DNA of 64,000 bases from an uncultured bacterium. GTDB lineage: Bacteria > Cyanobacteriota > Vampirovibrionia > Gastranaerophilales > JAILCC01. The stretch's first letter is position 1; every line of letters starts with the position of its first letter. The notes beneath the pieces were generated by a model that was given only the letters and a program-made list of their open reading frames with translations, searched no databases and was not told where the DNA came from. The position numbers and the translations under genes were made by a program. This document shows positions 57,153 to 64,000 of the stretch, one piece after another. Location: positions 30,920-94,919 of the forward strand of contig CASDUJ010000003.1 in assembly GCA_949283935.1 (NCBI GenBank). Reading direction: 5' to 3'.

Positions 57153-57473
57153 ATGGAATCAATAAACGAAATAGACATTCAAGACATACAAACGCAGAAC
57201 AATCTTAACAAATTGAGAATGAAAACCTGCAATGTTAAAACTGGTGAAGCACAATTAAAAGAAGCTGCTCAAGGTTTTGAAGCTATTTTTATTACTAAAT
57301 TATTAAATCAAATGAACAGTTCAACAATGAATGAAGGAGGATTCATAGGTCATTCCAATTCAGAAAAAACATTCAAAAGTATGTTATTTCAAGAAATAGG
57401 AAAAGAGGCAGCAAAAACTTCTTCTTTTGGAATAGCAGATGCAATTTACAATCAATTAAAAGACAGTGTGTAG
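57153..57473 (+). CDS. flgJ: Rod-binding protein (FlgJ N-terminal domain only, 106 aa; no muramidase domain)
   Basis: AAQGFEAIFITKLLNQM...FKSMLFQEIGKEAAKTSSFGIADAIYNQL matches the FlgJ rod-binding domain pattern. Confidence 0.7.
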   Translation: MESINEIDIQDIQTQNNLNKLRMKTCNVKTGEAQLKEAAQGFEAIFITKLLNQMNSSTMNEGGFIGHSNSEKTFKSMLFQEIGKEAAKTSSFGIADAIYNQLKDSV

Positions 57474-57486
57474 CAGGGATAAATAG

Positions 57487-57777
57487 ATGATAAACGAAAT
57501 TAACTCTAATATAAATTCTATTCAACTACTAAGAGCACAAAATGCATTTAAGCAGGCTCAAAAAGTTTCTAACGAAAAAAATAGTGAAAAAATTAAAGAT
57601 ACTCAACAAGAAGAAATAAGCTCAATAAAATCCTCAACGACATTAGAAAAATTACAAGACAAAATTATTGAAGAACTAAGGGGAGATTTGTCAAACATAA
57701 ATGAAGATATAACAGACGAAGATATAAGATACGGTTTAACATTTGGCAGAAGTGTACTTATAGATTGTTCAGCATAG
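57487..57777 (+). CDS. Hypothetical 96-aa protein; positional candidate only for anti-sigma-28 FlgM
   Basis: Lies between flgJ and the flgN-like gene. N/S/Q/E-rich and probably disordered. I do not see the FlgM C-terminal motif. Confidence 0.3.
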   Translation: MINEINSNINSIQLLRAQNAFKQAQKVSNEKNSEKIKDTQQEEISSIKSSTTLEKLQDKIIEELRGDLSNINEDITDEDIRYGLTFGRSVLIDCSA

Positions 57778-57788
57778 GATACAAATAT

Positions 57789-58286
57789 ATGGATAAAATT
57801 TTGGAATTAAATAAAGTACTAGACGAAGAAATTAAATTTTGCGAAAAATTTGAAGAACTTTTATTGCAAAAGAAAGAACTTTTGATACATTCAAAAGCTA
57901 ATAAATTAAGAGAATTTGACGACAGAATTTACGAAGCACAAAAAAAGCTAAGGGAATTAAACGAAAATCGTATTAAAATAACTCAAAAATTTGGCAATGA
58001 AAGAACTAAACTTAGCGATATTATAAAAGAATTAGAAGATCAAAATACAGCAAAAGAACTTGACATTAAAAGGAAAAAAATTCAAATCTTTGCGCAAAAG
58101 ATAACGATAATTAACAAAGTAATAAACGCATTAATAGAACATTCGCTGAAAATGATTGACGGTAGTATTTTATCAATAGCAAATGCAATGGCTCAAGCTC
58201 AATCAAAGGATGATTATTATAACATACACGGAGAAAAGCATAGGCATGAAGGTTCAACACTAAGTGCAATTATTGAAGATGCATAA
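57789..58286 (+). CDS. flgN: FlgN-like flagellar export chaperone
   Basis: All-helical protein of about 165 aa immediately upstream of flgK-flgL. The N-terminus LELNKVLDEEIKFCEKFEELLLQKKELLI resembles the FlgN family. The track ORF starts at 57765. Confidence 0.5.
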   Translation: MDKILELNKVLDEEIKFCEKFEELLLQKKELLIHSKANKLREFDDRIYEAQKKLRELNENRIKITQKFGNERTKLSDIIKELEDQNTAKELDIKRKKIQIFAQKITIINKVINALIEHSLKMIDGSILSIANAMAQAQSKDDYYNIHGEKHRHEGSTLSAIIEDA

Positions 58287-58312
58287 AAGCAAATAATTTG
58301 GGGAGAAAATAA

Positions 58313-59869
58313 ATGGTAAACGGCTTATACATAGGAAAAAATGCATTAATAGTAAACCAAGCAGCATTAAATGTTGTAAGCAACAACATTGCAAACATGA
58401 ACACAGTAGGATACAGCAAGCAAAGAGTAAATTTGTCGTCAATGTATGATAATTCAGTAGTAACAAACGCAATACAACAAGCCAAACTTGGTTATGGAGT
58501 TGATATAACATCAATATCAAGATACAGAGATTCATTTATAGATTCTTATTACAGAGACTCTGTTTCCAGCAAAGCATATTACGAAACAATAAGTAAAAAC
58601 GGACTTACTTTAGAAAATTTGTCTAATGAATTTACAGGTTCTGGTTTAAGTTCATACATAAATTCTTTTTTCTCAGCAGCCAATAATCTTAGTTTGTACC
58701 CCACAGACATTACAATGAAAACAGATTTTGCGCAACAGGCATCAAACTTAGCTACAGCCATAAATAGTTTATACAAACAATTAAATGAAGCTCGAACTAA
58801 TTTAGTAGGAGACGCAAACAATCCAATAACACTCGAAACAAGCGAAGCAAAATTATGTACAGATGAAATAAATCAAATTTTGAATGACTTAGCCGCAATA
58901 AATGAAACCATAATTTACCAGCACAATACAAATGTAGGAGCATCCTCAGGTTTATTAGATCAAAGAGATATTTTATTAGACCAACTGGCAGAATACATTC
59001 CAATTGAAGTTGACGAAAATCCTAACGGAGGAATAAATGTATCATTAGGAAATATACAATTACTAGCAGGAACAACAGTAAAAGGAGAATTTAAAATCAA
59101 TCTTGGGGATAGCAACAATCCAACAATAGTAAGTTTTGAAGCAGACACAGGACATGTTTGGTCAACAAATGTCAAAGATTTACTTGGAAATTCAGGAAAA
59201 CTTGGAGCAATTTTAACATTAGGAGGAGATAGCAGTTCAGAGCTAACAGTAAAGTCCATGATGGACAATCTAGATACCATTGCGAGTGAATTAGCAAATC
59301 AAATAAACAACATACAAATCAAACAAGAAGCTGGCCCTCCTCCGATGATATCAGCATACTACGATTCTGTAACAGGTGAATTAAGAAATGCAACAGAAAT
59401 GATTTTCACTACCAATGACGGAACTACAATTATAAACGCAAGTAATATTGCAATAAATGAAAACATATTTAATAATCCGCAAGAAATTGCAACAGCTTAC
59501 GTAGAAACAACAGACGATGGAACTTGGACAATTTTAGAACCGGAAGCAATTGGAAATAACTCAACCGCACAAGCATTTGCAGACTTAAGAGAAGAAAAAA
59601 TAGCAGGCTTAGAAGGACAAACATTTGAAGACTACAACACAATGATCACAACAGATTTTGGAGCAAAATACAATTCGGCTCAAACAAATTTAGAAGTTCA
59701 AGAAAGTATATACAACGCAGCTTACGAGCAGAGGGAATCAACAATAGGAGTAAACATAGAAGAAGAATTAGTTGATTTAGTAAAATATCAAAGAGCCTAC
59801 GAATCTTCTGCCAGAGTATTCACTGTGGCCAATGAAATATTACAAACATTGGTAAATTTAGCAAAATAA
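58313..59869 (+). CDS. flgK: Flagellar hook-associated protein 1 FlgK
   Basis: N-terminus LYIGKNALIVNQAALNVVSNNIANMNTVGYSKQRV. C-terminus EELVDLVKYQRAYESSARVFTVANEILQTLVNL. Confidence 0.85.
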   Translation: MVNGLYIGKNALIVNQAALNVVSNNIANMNTVGYSKQRVNLSSMYDNSVVTNAIQQAKLGYGVDITSISRYRDSFIDSYYRDSVSSKAYYETISKNGLTLENLSNEFTGSGLSSYINSFFSAANNLSLYPTDITMKTDFAQQASNLATAINSLYKQLNEARTNLVGDANNPITLETSEAKLCTDEINQILNDLAAINETIIYQHNTNVGASSGLLDQRDILLDQLAEYIPIEVDENPNGGINVSLGNIQLLAGTTVKGEFKINLGDSNNPTIVSFEADTGHVWSTNVKDLLGNSGKLGAILTLGGDSSSELTVKSMMDNLDTIASELANQINNIQIKQEAGPPPMISAYYDSVTGELRNATEMIFTTNDGTTIINASNIAINENIFNNPQEIATAYVETTDDGTWTILEPEAIGNNSTAQAFADLREEKIAGLEGQTFEDYNTMITTDFGAKYNSAQTNLEVQESIYNAAYEQRESTIGVNIEEELVDLVKYQRAYESSARVFTVANEILQTLVNLAK

Positions 59870-59887
59870 TAATGGGGAGAAACATAA

Positions 59888-60829
59888 ATGCGAATAACAA
59901 GCAATATGCAAAATCAAAGCATAATGAATTCAATGATGAACAACCAATCTATTCTTGCCTCTCTACAAAATCAGCTGGCAACAGGCAACAAAGTTAATTC
60001 AGCAGCTGACAATCCAAGCGCAGTACCATCTATAATGGATTCAAACACAGTTTTGAATAAAATTGAAATATACAAAAACAACATAACTTATTTAAATGGA
60101 GAAACAGAGGTAACAGAAGGAACTTTAGGACAAATTACAGAATACATCCAAAGGCTCAAAGATTTGACGCTAGAAGCTGCAAATGCTACCAATAGTCCAG
60201 ATCAATTAAAATTAATCAACGACGAAGTTAAACAAATAAAAGAACAAATAGTATCTTTAGGGAACACCCAATATCAAGGTTCATATATCTTTGCCGGAAA
60301 TAACACAGGCACACAACCTTTTGTGATTAATGATGATGGAAGTATAAGTTACCAAGGCACTCCAAGCGCAGGAGATTACAAAAGAGAATACTCTATAGCA
60401 GATGGAGTAACAGTAAGTATAAACATAGCTGGAGACAAGGCTCTTGGTTATTCAGAACTACAAGATCCAGGTCCACCTGCAGTTTACACAGGAGAAGGTT
60501 TACTTCACACAGTAAATTTATTAACTAATCTTTTAGAATCAGATACACCTGACTACGAAGCAATAAGAACGCAAATTGATGGACTAGACACAGCGCAAAA
60601 CTTAATTTTGTCAGCCAGGACAGAAATAGGCGGAGCTCAAAGCAGATTAAATATGACAAACGAGCAACACGAAAACAGTAAAATAACATACAAAACAATT
60701 CAATCAAACCTACAAGAAGTTGACATATCTCAAGTTGTAACAGAACTAGCGACACAACAAGTCGCTCTACAAGCTTCTTTATATGTAGGTTCGCAAGTTA
60801 TGAGCATTTCATTATTAGATTATATGTAA
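59888..60829 (+). CDS. flgL: Flagellar hook-associated protein 3 FlgL
   Basis: Flagellin-like N-terminus MRITSNM...LATGNKVNSAADNPSAV. C-terminus ELATQQVALQASLYVGSQVMSISLLDYM. Confidence 0.8.
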   Translation: MRITSNMQNQSIMNSMMNNQSILASLQNQLATGNKVNSAADNPSAVPSIMDSNTVLNKIEIYKNNITYLNGETEVTEGTLGQITEYIQRLKDLTLEAANATNSPDQLKLINDEVKQIKEQIVSLGNTQYQGSYIFAGNNTGTQPFVINDDGSISYQGTPSAGDYKREYSIADGVTVSINIAGDKALGYSELQDPGPPAVYTGEGLLHTVNLLTNLLESDTPDYEAIRTQIDGLDTAQNLILSARTEIGGAQSRLNMTNEQHENSKITYKTIQSNLQEVDISQVVTELATQQVALQASLYVGSQVMSISLLDYM

Positions 60830-60848
60830 ATTTACCATCTCGCTATTT

Positions 60849-60870
60849 AGGGGGAAAATTCCCCCCTTTT
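60849..60870 (+). terminator. Intrinsic terminator after flgL: GGGGG-aaaatt-CCCCC(C) followed by TTTTATTTT
   Basis: Read directly, 20 nt after the flgL stop. Confidence 0.7.
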
Positions 60871-60893
60871 ATTTTAAAATAAGGAGATAAAAC

Positions 60894-61109
60894 ATGAACA
60901 AGACTTGTCCAATGAACAACAATAACATATGCAACAAAGACTGCGCTTTATACATAGCACCAGAAGAACTCAATGAAGTTGTATTGAACAAACTTGCCAG
61001 TTTAGGTTTACTAAAAAGAGATGAAGGAATTTGCTCATACAAGCATATGGCTTTATGTATGGGAAGAAACATCTTTGAAAAAAATTCACAAAGTAGATTT
61101 AGTCGCTAA
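60894..61109 (+). CDS. Hypothetical Cys-rich 71-aa protein
   Basis: Strong RBS aaggag 7 nt upstream. Five Cys residues (C5, C13, C17, C47, C55). No family recognised. Lies 24 nt after a terminator. Confidence 0.4.
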   Translation: MNKTCPMNNNNICNKDCALYIAPEELNEVVLNKLASLGLLKRDEGICSYKHMALCMGRNIFEKNSQSRFSR

Positions 61110-61501
61110 GAAACCGCCTCTGCTGCTTGTTCTGCTGCTTTTTCTGCTGTTTTGCCGCCAAAAAGACCTTTGAGATACTTAAAACCTTTCACAAAAGGAA
61201 ATTCAATACAATCAGCAGTTTTGTTGATAGCATTTTTTACTTTATCCATAATTTTCATATTTTGAGGATCAGCAATCTTCATAAAAGAATTTTGCCCAAA
61301 ACGTTTAAGCGCAACAGTTGCAGCAGCTAAAGCAGCAACAGTAAGGAGAATCCCCTTCCAGCCAAATTTTTTCTTTTCTTCTGTGTAAACAAAAGCATCT
61401 TGAGAACTAGGTACTACACTAGCATTTGTAGTACTTTGCGGTAATCTTGCAATGTCATTTTGAGTTAAAGGACTATGGGGAACAAAACTAACAGGATTCA
61501 T
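61106..61501 (-). CDS. Hypothetical single-TM protein with A/E-rich C-terminal tail
   Basis: 131 aa. RBS ggaggt. TM GILLTVAALAAATVAL. Confidence 0.5.
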   Translation of the reverse strand: MNPVSFVPHSPLTQNDIARLPQSTTNASVVPSSQDAFVYTEEKKKFGWKGILLTVAALAAATVALKRFGQNSFMKIADPQNMKIMDKVKNAINKTADCIEFPFVKGFKYLKGLFGGKTAEKAAEQAAEAVS

Positions 61502-61632
61502 ACACTACCTCCATTTATTTAATATTGAGAAAACACATCTAAAAGCATGAAAACAAAACCAAACAAAAAATTGTTACTAATCATTAGATTGTAAACTTTT
61601 GTATCAATTTAGTCAATTATATCATAAAATTT

Positions 61633-61659
61633 TAAAGTTTTAAACAAACTTGCCGACTA
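61633..61659 (+). promoter_or_regulatory. Sigma-28 (FliA)-like promoter TAAA-N15-GCCGACTA; overlaps a possible TATAAT at 61661-61666
   Basis: Compared by eye with the enterobacterial/Bacillus class 3 consensus TAAA-N15-GCCGATAA. Spacing is exactly 15 nt. Lies 32 nt upstream of the ATG at 61691. Confidence 0.35.
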
Positions 61660-61690
61660 ATATAATACGAACTTAAATCAGGCGGTCGAA

Positions 61691-62569
61691 ATGGTTAATT
61701 TAGATATTGACATAGAACTTTTAACAAAATATGCACATTTATTAACTCAAAGTCAAAGTGTATCAAAATCTCAAGAAACTCAAGAAAAAAATGGCACAGA
61801 AGGCACAAAATTTTACGAACAAAAAGGTTACAACGCCAAAAACCTTGTGGAAGATTTAGATTTAAGAGATCCCAAAAACAGATATGCTATAATTAAATTA
61901 ATGAAACAGTCTGAAATCTTAGCATTAGTTCCACTTTTAGAAAAAAAAGCAATGCTTACCGGAATGAAATTTTTCACAAAGGATAAGCTATCGATTATTC
62001 TTTCTTATTTGCCTGAAGAAATGTTAGCTCAAGTAATACAAACTATGTACAACCCCAAAGAAATTATGGAATTAATGCCAGTACAAATTATTCGTAAATT
62101 TTTGACCAACAGTAAAATTGATCAAAAAAATATATTCAAATATATGGACGAACAAATGAAACCTCAAGAATTAAAAGAAATGTACAGAGAAGCAACAGGC
62201 AAAGATATTGGAACAGAAAACAAAGAAGAAATGATTGCAAAATTAGGTATGTTAAATCCTATGTTATTTAATGACGCACTTCAATCAATGAATCCTAAGC
62301 ATACAAAAGGCATGGCAGCTTTTATTTTAAAAGAACAACCAGAATTACTACAAGAATTTTCAGGGACACAATTAAGTATTTGTTTTGACAAATCAATGAA
62401 ATCAGAAATTATTGATGGTATGGAAGCTCTAGAACCTGATGTACTTGTGAAAATTTTAGAAAATCTTCCTCCACAATTACTAGAACAAGTTGTTACCCAA
62501 ATAAATCCCGAAGTTTTTGCAGATAAACTTTTAACAGATATGACAGCAGTTTTAGAAAAAATAGCTTAA
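61691..62569 (+). CDS. Helical-repeat protein resembling MgtE-N / FliG-type domains (flagellar-locus associated)
   Basis: Repeated helix pairs: ILALVPLLEKKAM, ILSYLPEEMLAQVIQTM, IMELMPVQIIRKFL, ILENLPPQLLEQVVTQI, like the MgtE_N pattern. Call made by eye only. Confidence 0.4.
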   Translation: MVNLDIDIELLTKYAHLLTQSQSVSKSQETQEKNGTEGTKFYEQKGYNAKNLVEDLDLRDPKNRYAIIKLMKQSEILALVPLLEKKAMLTGMKFFTKDKLSIILSYLPEEMLAQVIQTMYNPKEIMELMPVQIIRKFLTNSKIDQKNIFKYMDEQMKPQELKEMYREATGKDIGTENKEEMIAKLGMLNPMLFNDALQSMNPKHTKGMAAFILKEQPELLQEFSGTQLSICFDKSMKSEIIDGMEALEPDVLVKILENLPPQLLEQVVTQINPEVFADKLLTDMTAVLEKIA

Positions 62570-62964
62570 TTCTTTTTAAATGGATTTAATTTTTTAAAAA
62601 AACTTTTAATAGGATAAGCTTTTTCATAAAGCTCATTATAAGTTTCATTTAAGGATTTTATGGTTAAAATATCGTTAATATTACTAATTTCAAAAAAATC
62701 ACATTGTCCTACAAAACCACTGTTTAATCTTTGTTTTATTCCATCTTTTGTAATTAAAATCCATTCATATCTTTTTGTTTTTTGGTCTTTTTCATAATCT
62801 AGCAGATAACCATGATAAATTTTTAAAATATTATTAGCAGCATTATACAAATTTTTTTTATCGTCACTTGATGCAATACTCATTTCTCTTCTAATATCAT
62901 TCATTAATTTATCAGAAAATTCTGCTGAAAAATTTATTTCATTTGTGATTTTAGAAATATTCAT
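62566..62964 (-). CDS. Hypothetical small protein (132 aa) with N-terminal NFSAE tag
   Basis: N-terminus MNISKITNEINFSAEF. Overall helix-strand-helix layout is similar to the 51437 and 51822 ORFs. No known motif. Confidence 0.5.
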   Translation of the reverse strand: MNISKITNEINFSAEFSDKLMNDIRREMSIASSDDKKNLYNAANNILKIYHGYLLDYEKDQKTKRYEWILITKDGIKQRLNSGFVGQCDFFEISNINDILTIKSLNETYNELYEKAYPIKSFFKKLNPFKKN

Positions 62965-62992
62965 ATTTAAATACCTAAAAAATCTAAATAAA

Positions 62993-63022
62993 AAATTTCC
63001 GGTTCTGAAAAACCGGAAATTT
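62993..63022 (-). terminator. Terminator after rpsI: 12-bp stem AAATTTCCGGTT / AACCGGAAATTT, 6-nt loop
   Basis: Read directly, 11 nt after the rpsI stop. Followed by T-rich sequence on the minus strand. Confidence 0.7.
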
Positions 63023-63032
63023 GCAAACTGAA

Positions 63033-63428
63033 TTAACGTTTTGAGAACTGGAATCTTTTTCTTGCTCTCTTACGGCCGTATTTTTTGCGTTCTTTTATTC
63101 TTGCGTCTCTTGTCAACAAACCTTCAGCTTTTAAAATCGATTTATTTTCAGGATTAACTTCAAGAAGAGCTTTTGCAATACCATGTCTAATAGCAGCAGC
63201 TTGTGCACTTACACCGCCACCAATAGCTTTAACCTTTACATCAAAAGCTGTTTCATTATTTGTCAAAGCTAAAGGCTGATAAATCATCATTTCAAAACTT
63301 GCTCTTTCACCTAAATAAGTTTTTAAAGTTTTGTTGTTAATAAAGACTCTGCCCTTGCCTTTGGTTAATTTTACTATTGCAATGGCAGTTTTTCTGCGTC
63401 CTACTGCTCTAAATTCTTTTTCTGCCAT
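63033..63428 (-). CDS. rpsI: 30S ribosomal protein S9
   Basis: GRRKTAIA..., GGGVSAQAAAIRHGIAKAL, C-terminal RKKYGRKRARKRFQFSKR. Confidence 0.95.
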   Translation of the reverse strand: MAEKEFRAVGRRKTAIAIVKLTKGKGRVFINNKTLKTYLGERASFEMMIYQPLALTNNETAFDVKVKAIGGGVSAQAAAIRHGIAKALLEVNPENKSILKAEGLLTRDARIKERKKYGRKRARKRFQFSKR

Positions 63429-63432
63429 AACT

Positions 63433-63864
63433 TTATATCTCCTTTATTTCTACAGGTTTTTGAGCTTCATGTGGATGCTCAGCACCTTCGTAAATTTTCA
63501 TTTTAGTAAATTGCTCAGCTCCTAAAGTATTATGAGGAAGCATTCCTTTCACAGCTTTTTCCAAAGCACGAGTAGGAAACTTTTCCATTAATTCTTTGAA
63601 ACTTGCTTCTTTAAATCCACCAGGATAACCTGAATGTGATTGATATTTTTTATCAGTTTCTTTATTTCCGCTGACAACAATTTTGCCTGCGTTAATTACA
63701 ATTACAAAATCACCTGTGTCTACATGCGGAGTATATTCGGGTTTATTCTTTCCACGAAGTATATTGGCTATTTTAGAAGCTAAACGTCCTAAAGTTTTGC
63801 CTTCAGCATCTATCAAATACCATTTTCTTTCCACTTCACAAGGCTTTGCTGAATAAGTTTTCAT
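63433..63864 (-). CDS. rplM: 50S ribosomal protein L13
   Basis: [41 protein letters not shown], a canonical L13 sequence. Confidence 0.95.
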   Translation of the reverse strand: MKTYSAKPCEVERKWYLIDAEGKTLGRLASKIANILRGKNKPEYTPHVDTGDFVIVINAGKIVVSGNKETDKKYQSHSGYPGGFKEASFKELMEKFPTRALEKAVKGMLPHNTLGAEQFTKMKIYEGAEHPHEAQKPVEIKEI

Positions 63865-64000
63865 TTTGCCTCCTTTATGGCTTTAAATAATGTGTTTTCA
63901 AAAGTTGTTCTTTTAATTTTGGAGGATTTTTTATTAAATCTTCAAAATTGTAAGAACTTATATCATCATATCCTACAAACATGAACGTTAATCCATCTGG

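Noticed and set aside
57487-57777. Calling the 96-aa ORF FlgM outright
   Set aside because: Only its position (between flgJ and a flgN-like gene) and its disordered-looking composition support the call. I cannot find the conserved FlgM C-terminal sigma-28-binding helix pattern, so it is kept as hypothetical.
58260-59280. Antisense ORFs opposite flgN and flgK (58260-58535, 58270-58485, 58579-58821, 58797-59003, 58960-59280)
   Set aside because: They are shadow ORFs inside well-supported flagellar genes.

Overview
Strongly AT-rich, densely coding bacterial chromosome segment with about 62 protein genes and one tRNA-Asn. The gene content indicates a diderm, motile organism. The features, in order:

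- **Biotin synthesis:** a complete BioC/BioG-type pathway in two convergent operons, bioA-bioD and bioB-bioF-bioG-bioC.
- **Orphan HPr-like gene**, followed by a membrane thioredoxin-like gene, glgC and lepA.
- **Type IV pilus / T2SS-like operon:** PilP-like lipoprotein, pilQ secretin, pilB ATPase, pilC platform and a 99-aa ORF.
- **Glycan and envelope genes:** a GH57 glycoside hydrolase, then maf, an LPS heptosyltransferase, an O-antigen-ligase-like gene and a DUF4330-like gene.
- **Housekeeping genes:** rpsP, a YnbB-like PLP enzyme, a rhodanese, an acyl-CoA synthetase, a 5'-nucleotidase-like phosphoesterase, rpe and rnc.
- **c-di-GMP enzymes:** two GGDEF proteins, one carrying a degenerate HD-GYP domain.
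- **Large or unusual proteins:** a 634-aa coiled-coil protein and a 1315-aa UvrD-type helicase that looks like a tandem module.
- **More core genes:** an RpoD-family sigma factor, proS, tRNA-Asn and a class A PBP.
- **Flagellar cluster:** SLT lytic transglycosylase, flgF-G-A-H-I, a rod-binding-only flgJ, an unknown ORF, a flgN-like gene, then flgK-L.
- **Ribosomal genes:** rplM-rpsI at the right end.

I see no CRISPR array, transposase, integrase, prophage or recognisable defence genes. Most of the window is ordinary core genome. The combination of features suggests a non-photosynthetic cyanobacterial sibling lineage (Melainabacteria/Gastranaerophilales-like); this is inference only.

I cannot point to one clear, self-contained novel multi-gene system. 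The most interesting unexplained signals are:

1. Small unannotatable proteins sharing an N-terminal ...(S/N)F(G/K/S)(A/V)... tag. Three of them bracket the flagellar cluster.
2. An exact 25-nt element shared by two distant upstream regions.
3. A riboswitch/attenuator-like leader with a terminator nested in a 14-bp inverted repeat.
4. A strongly promoted pair of paralogous two-TM mini-proteins.
5. An MshEN-like c-di-GMP motif in PilB, together with a possible Sm-like ORF at the end of the pilus operon.
6. The tandem degenerate-plus-active SF1 helicase.

All functional calls come from reading motifs by eye. No searches or computations were run.
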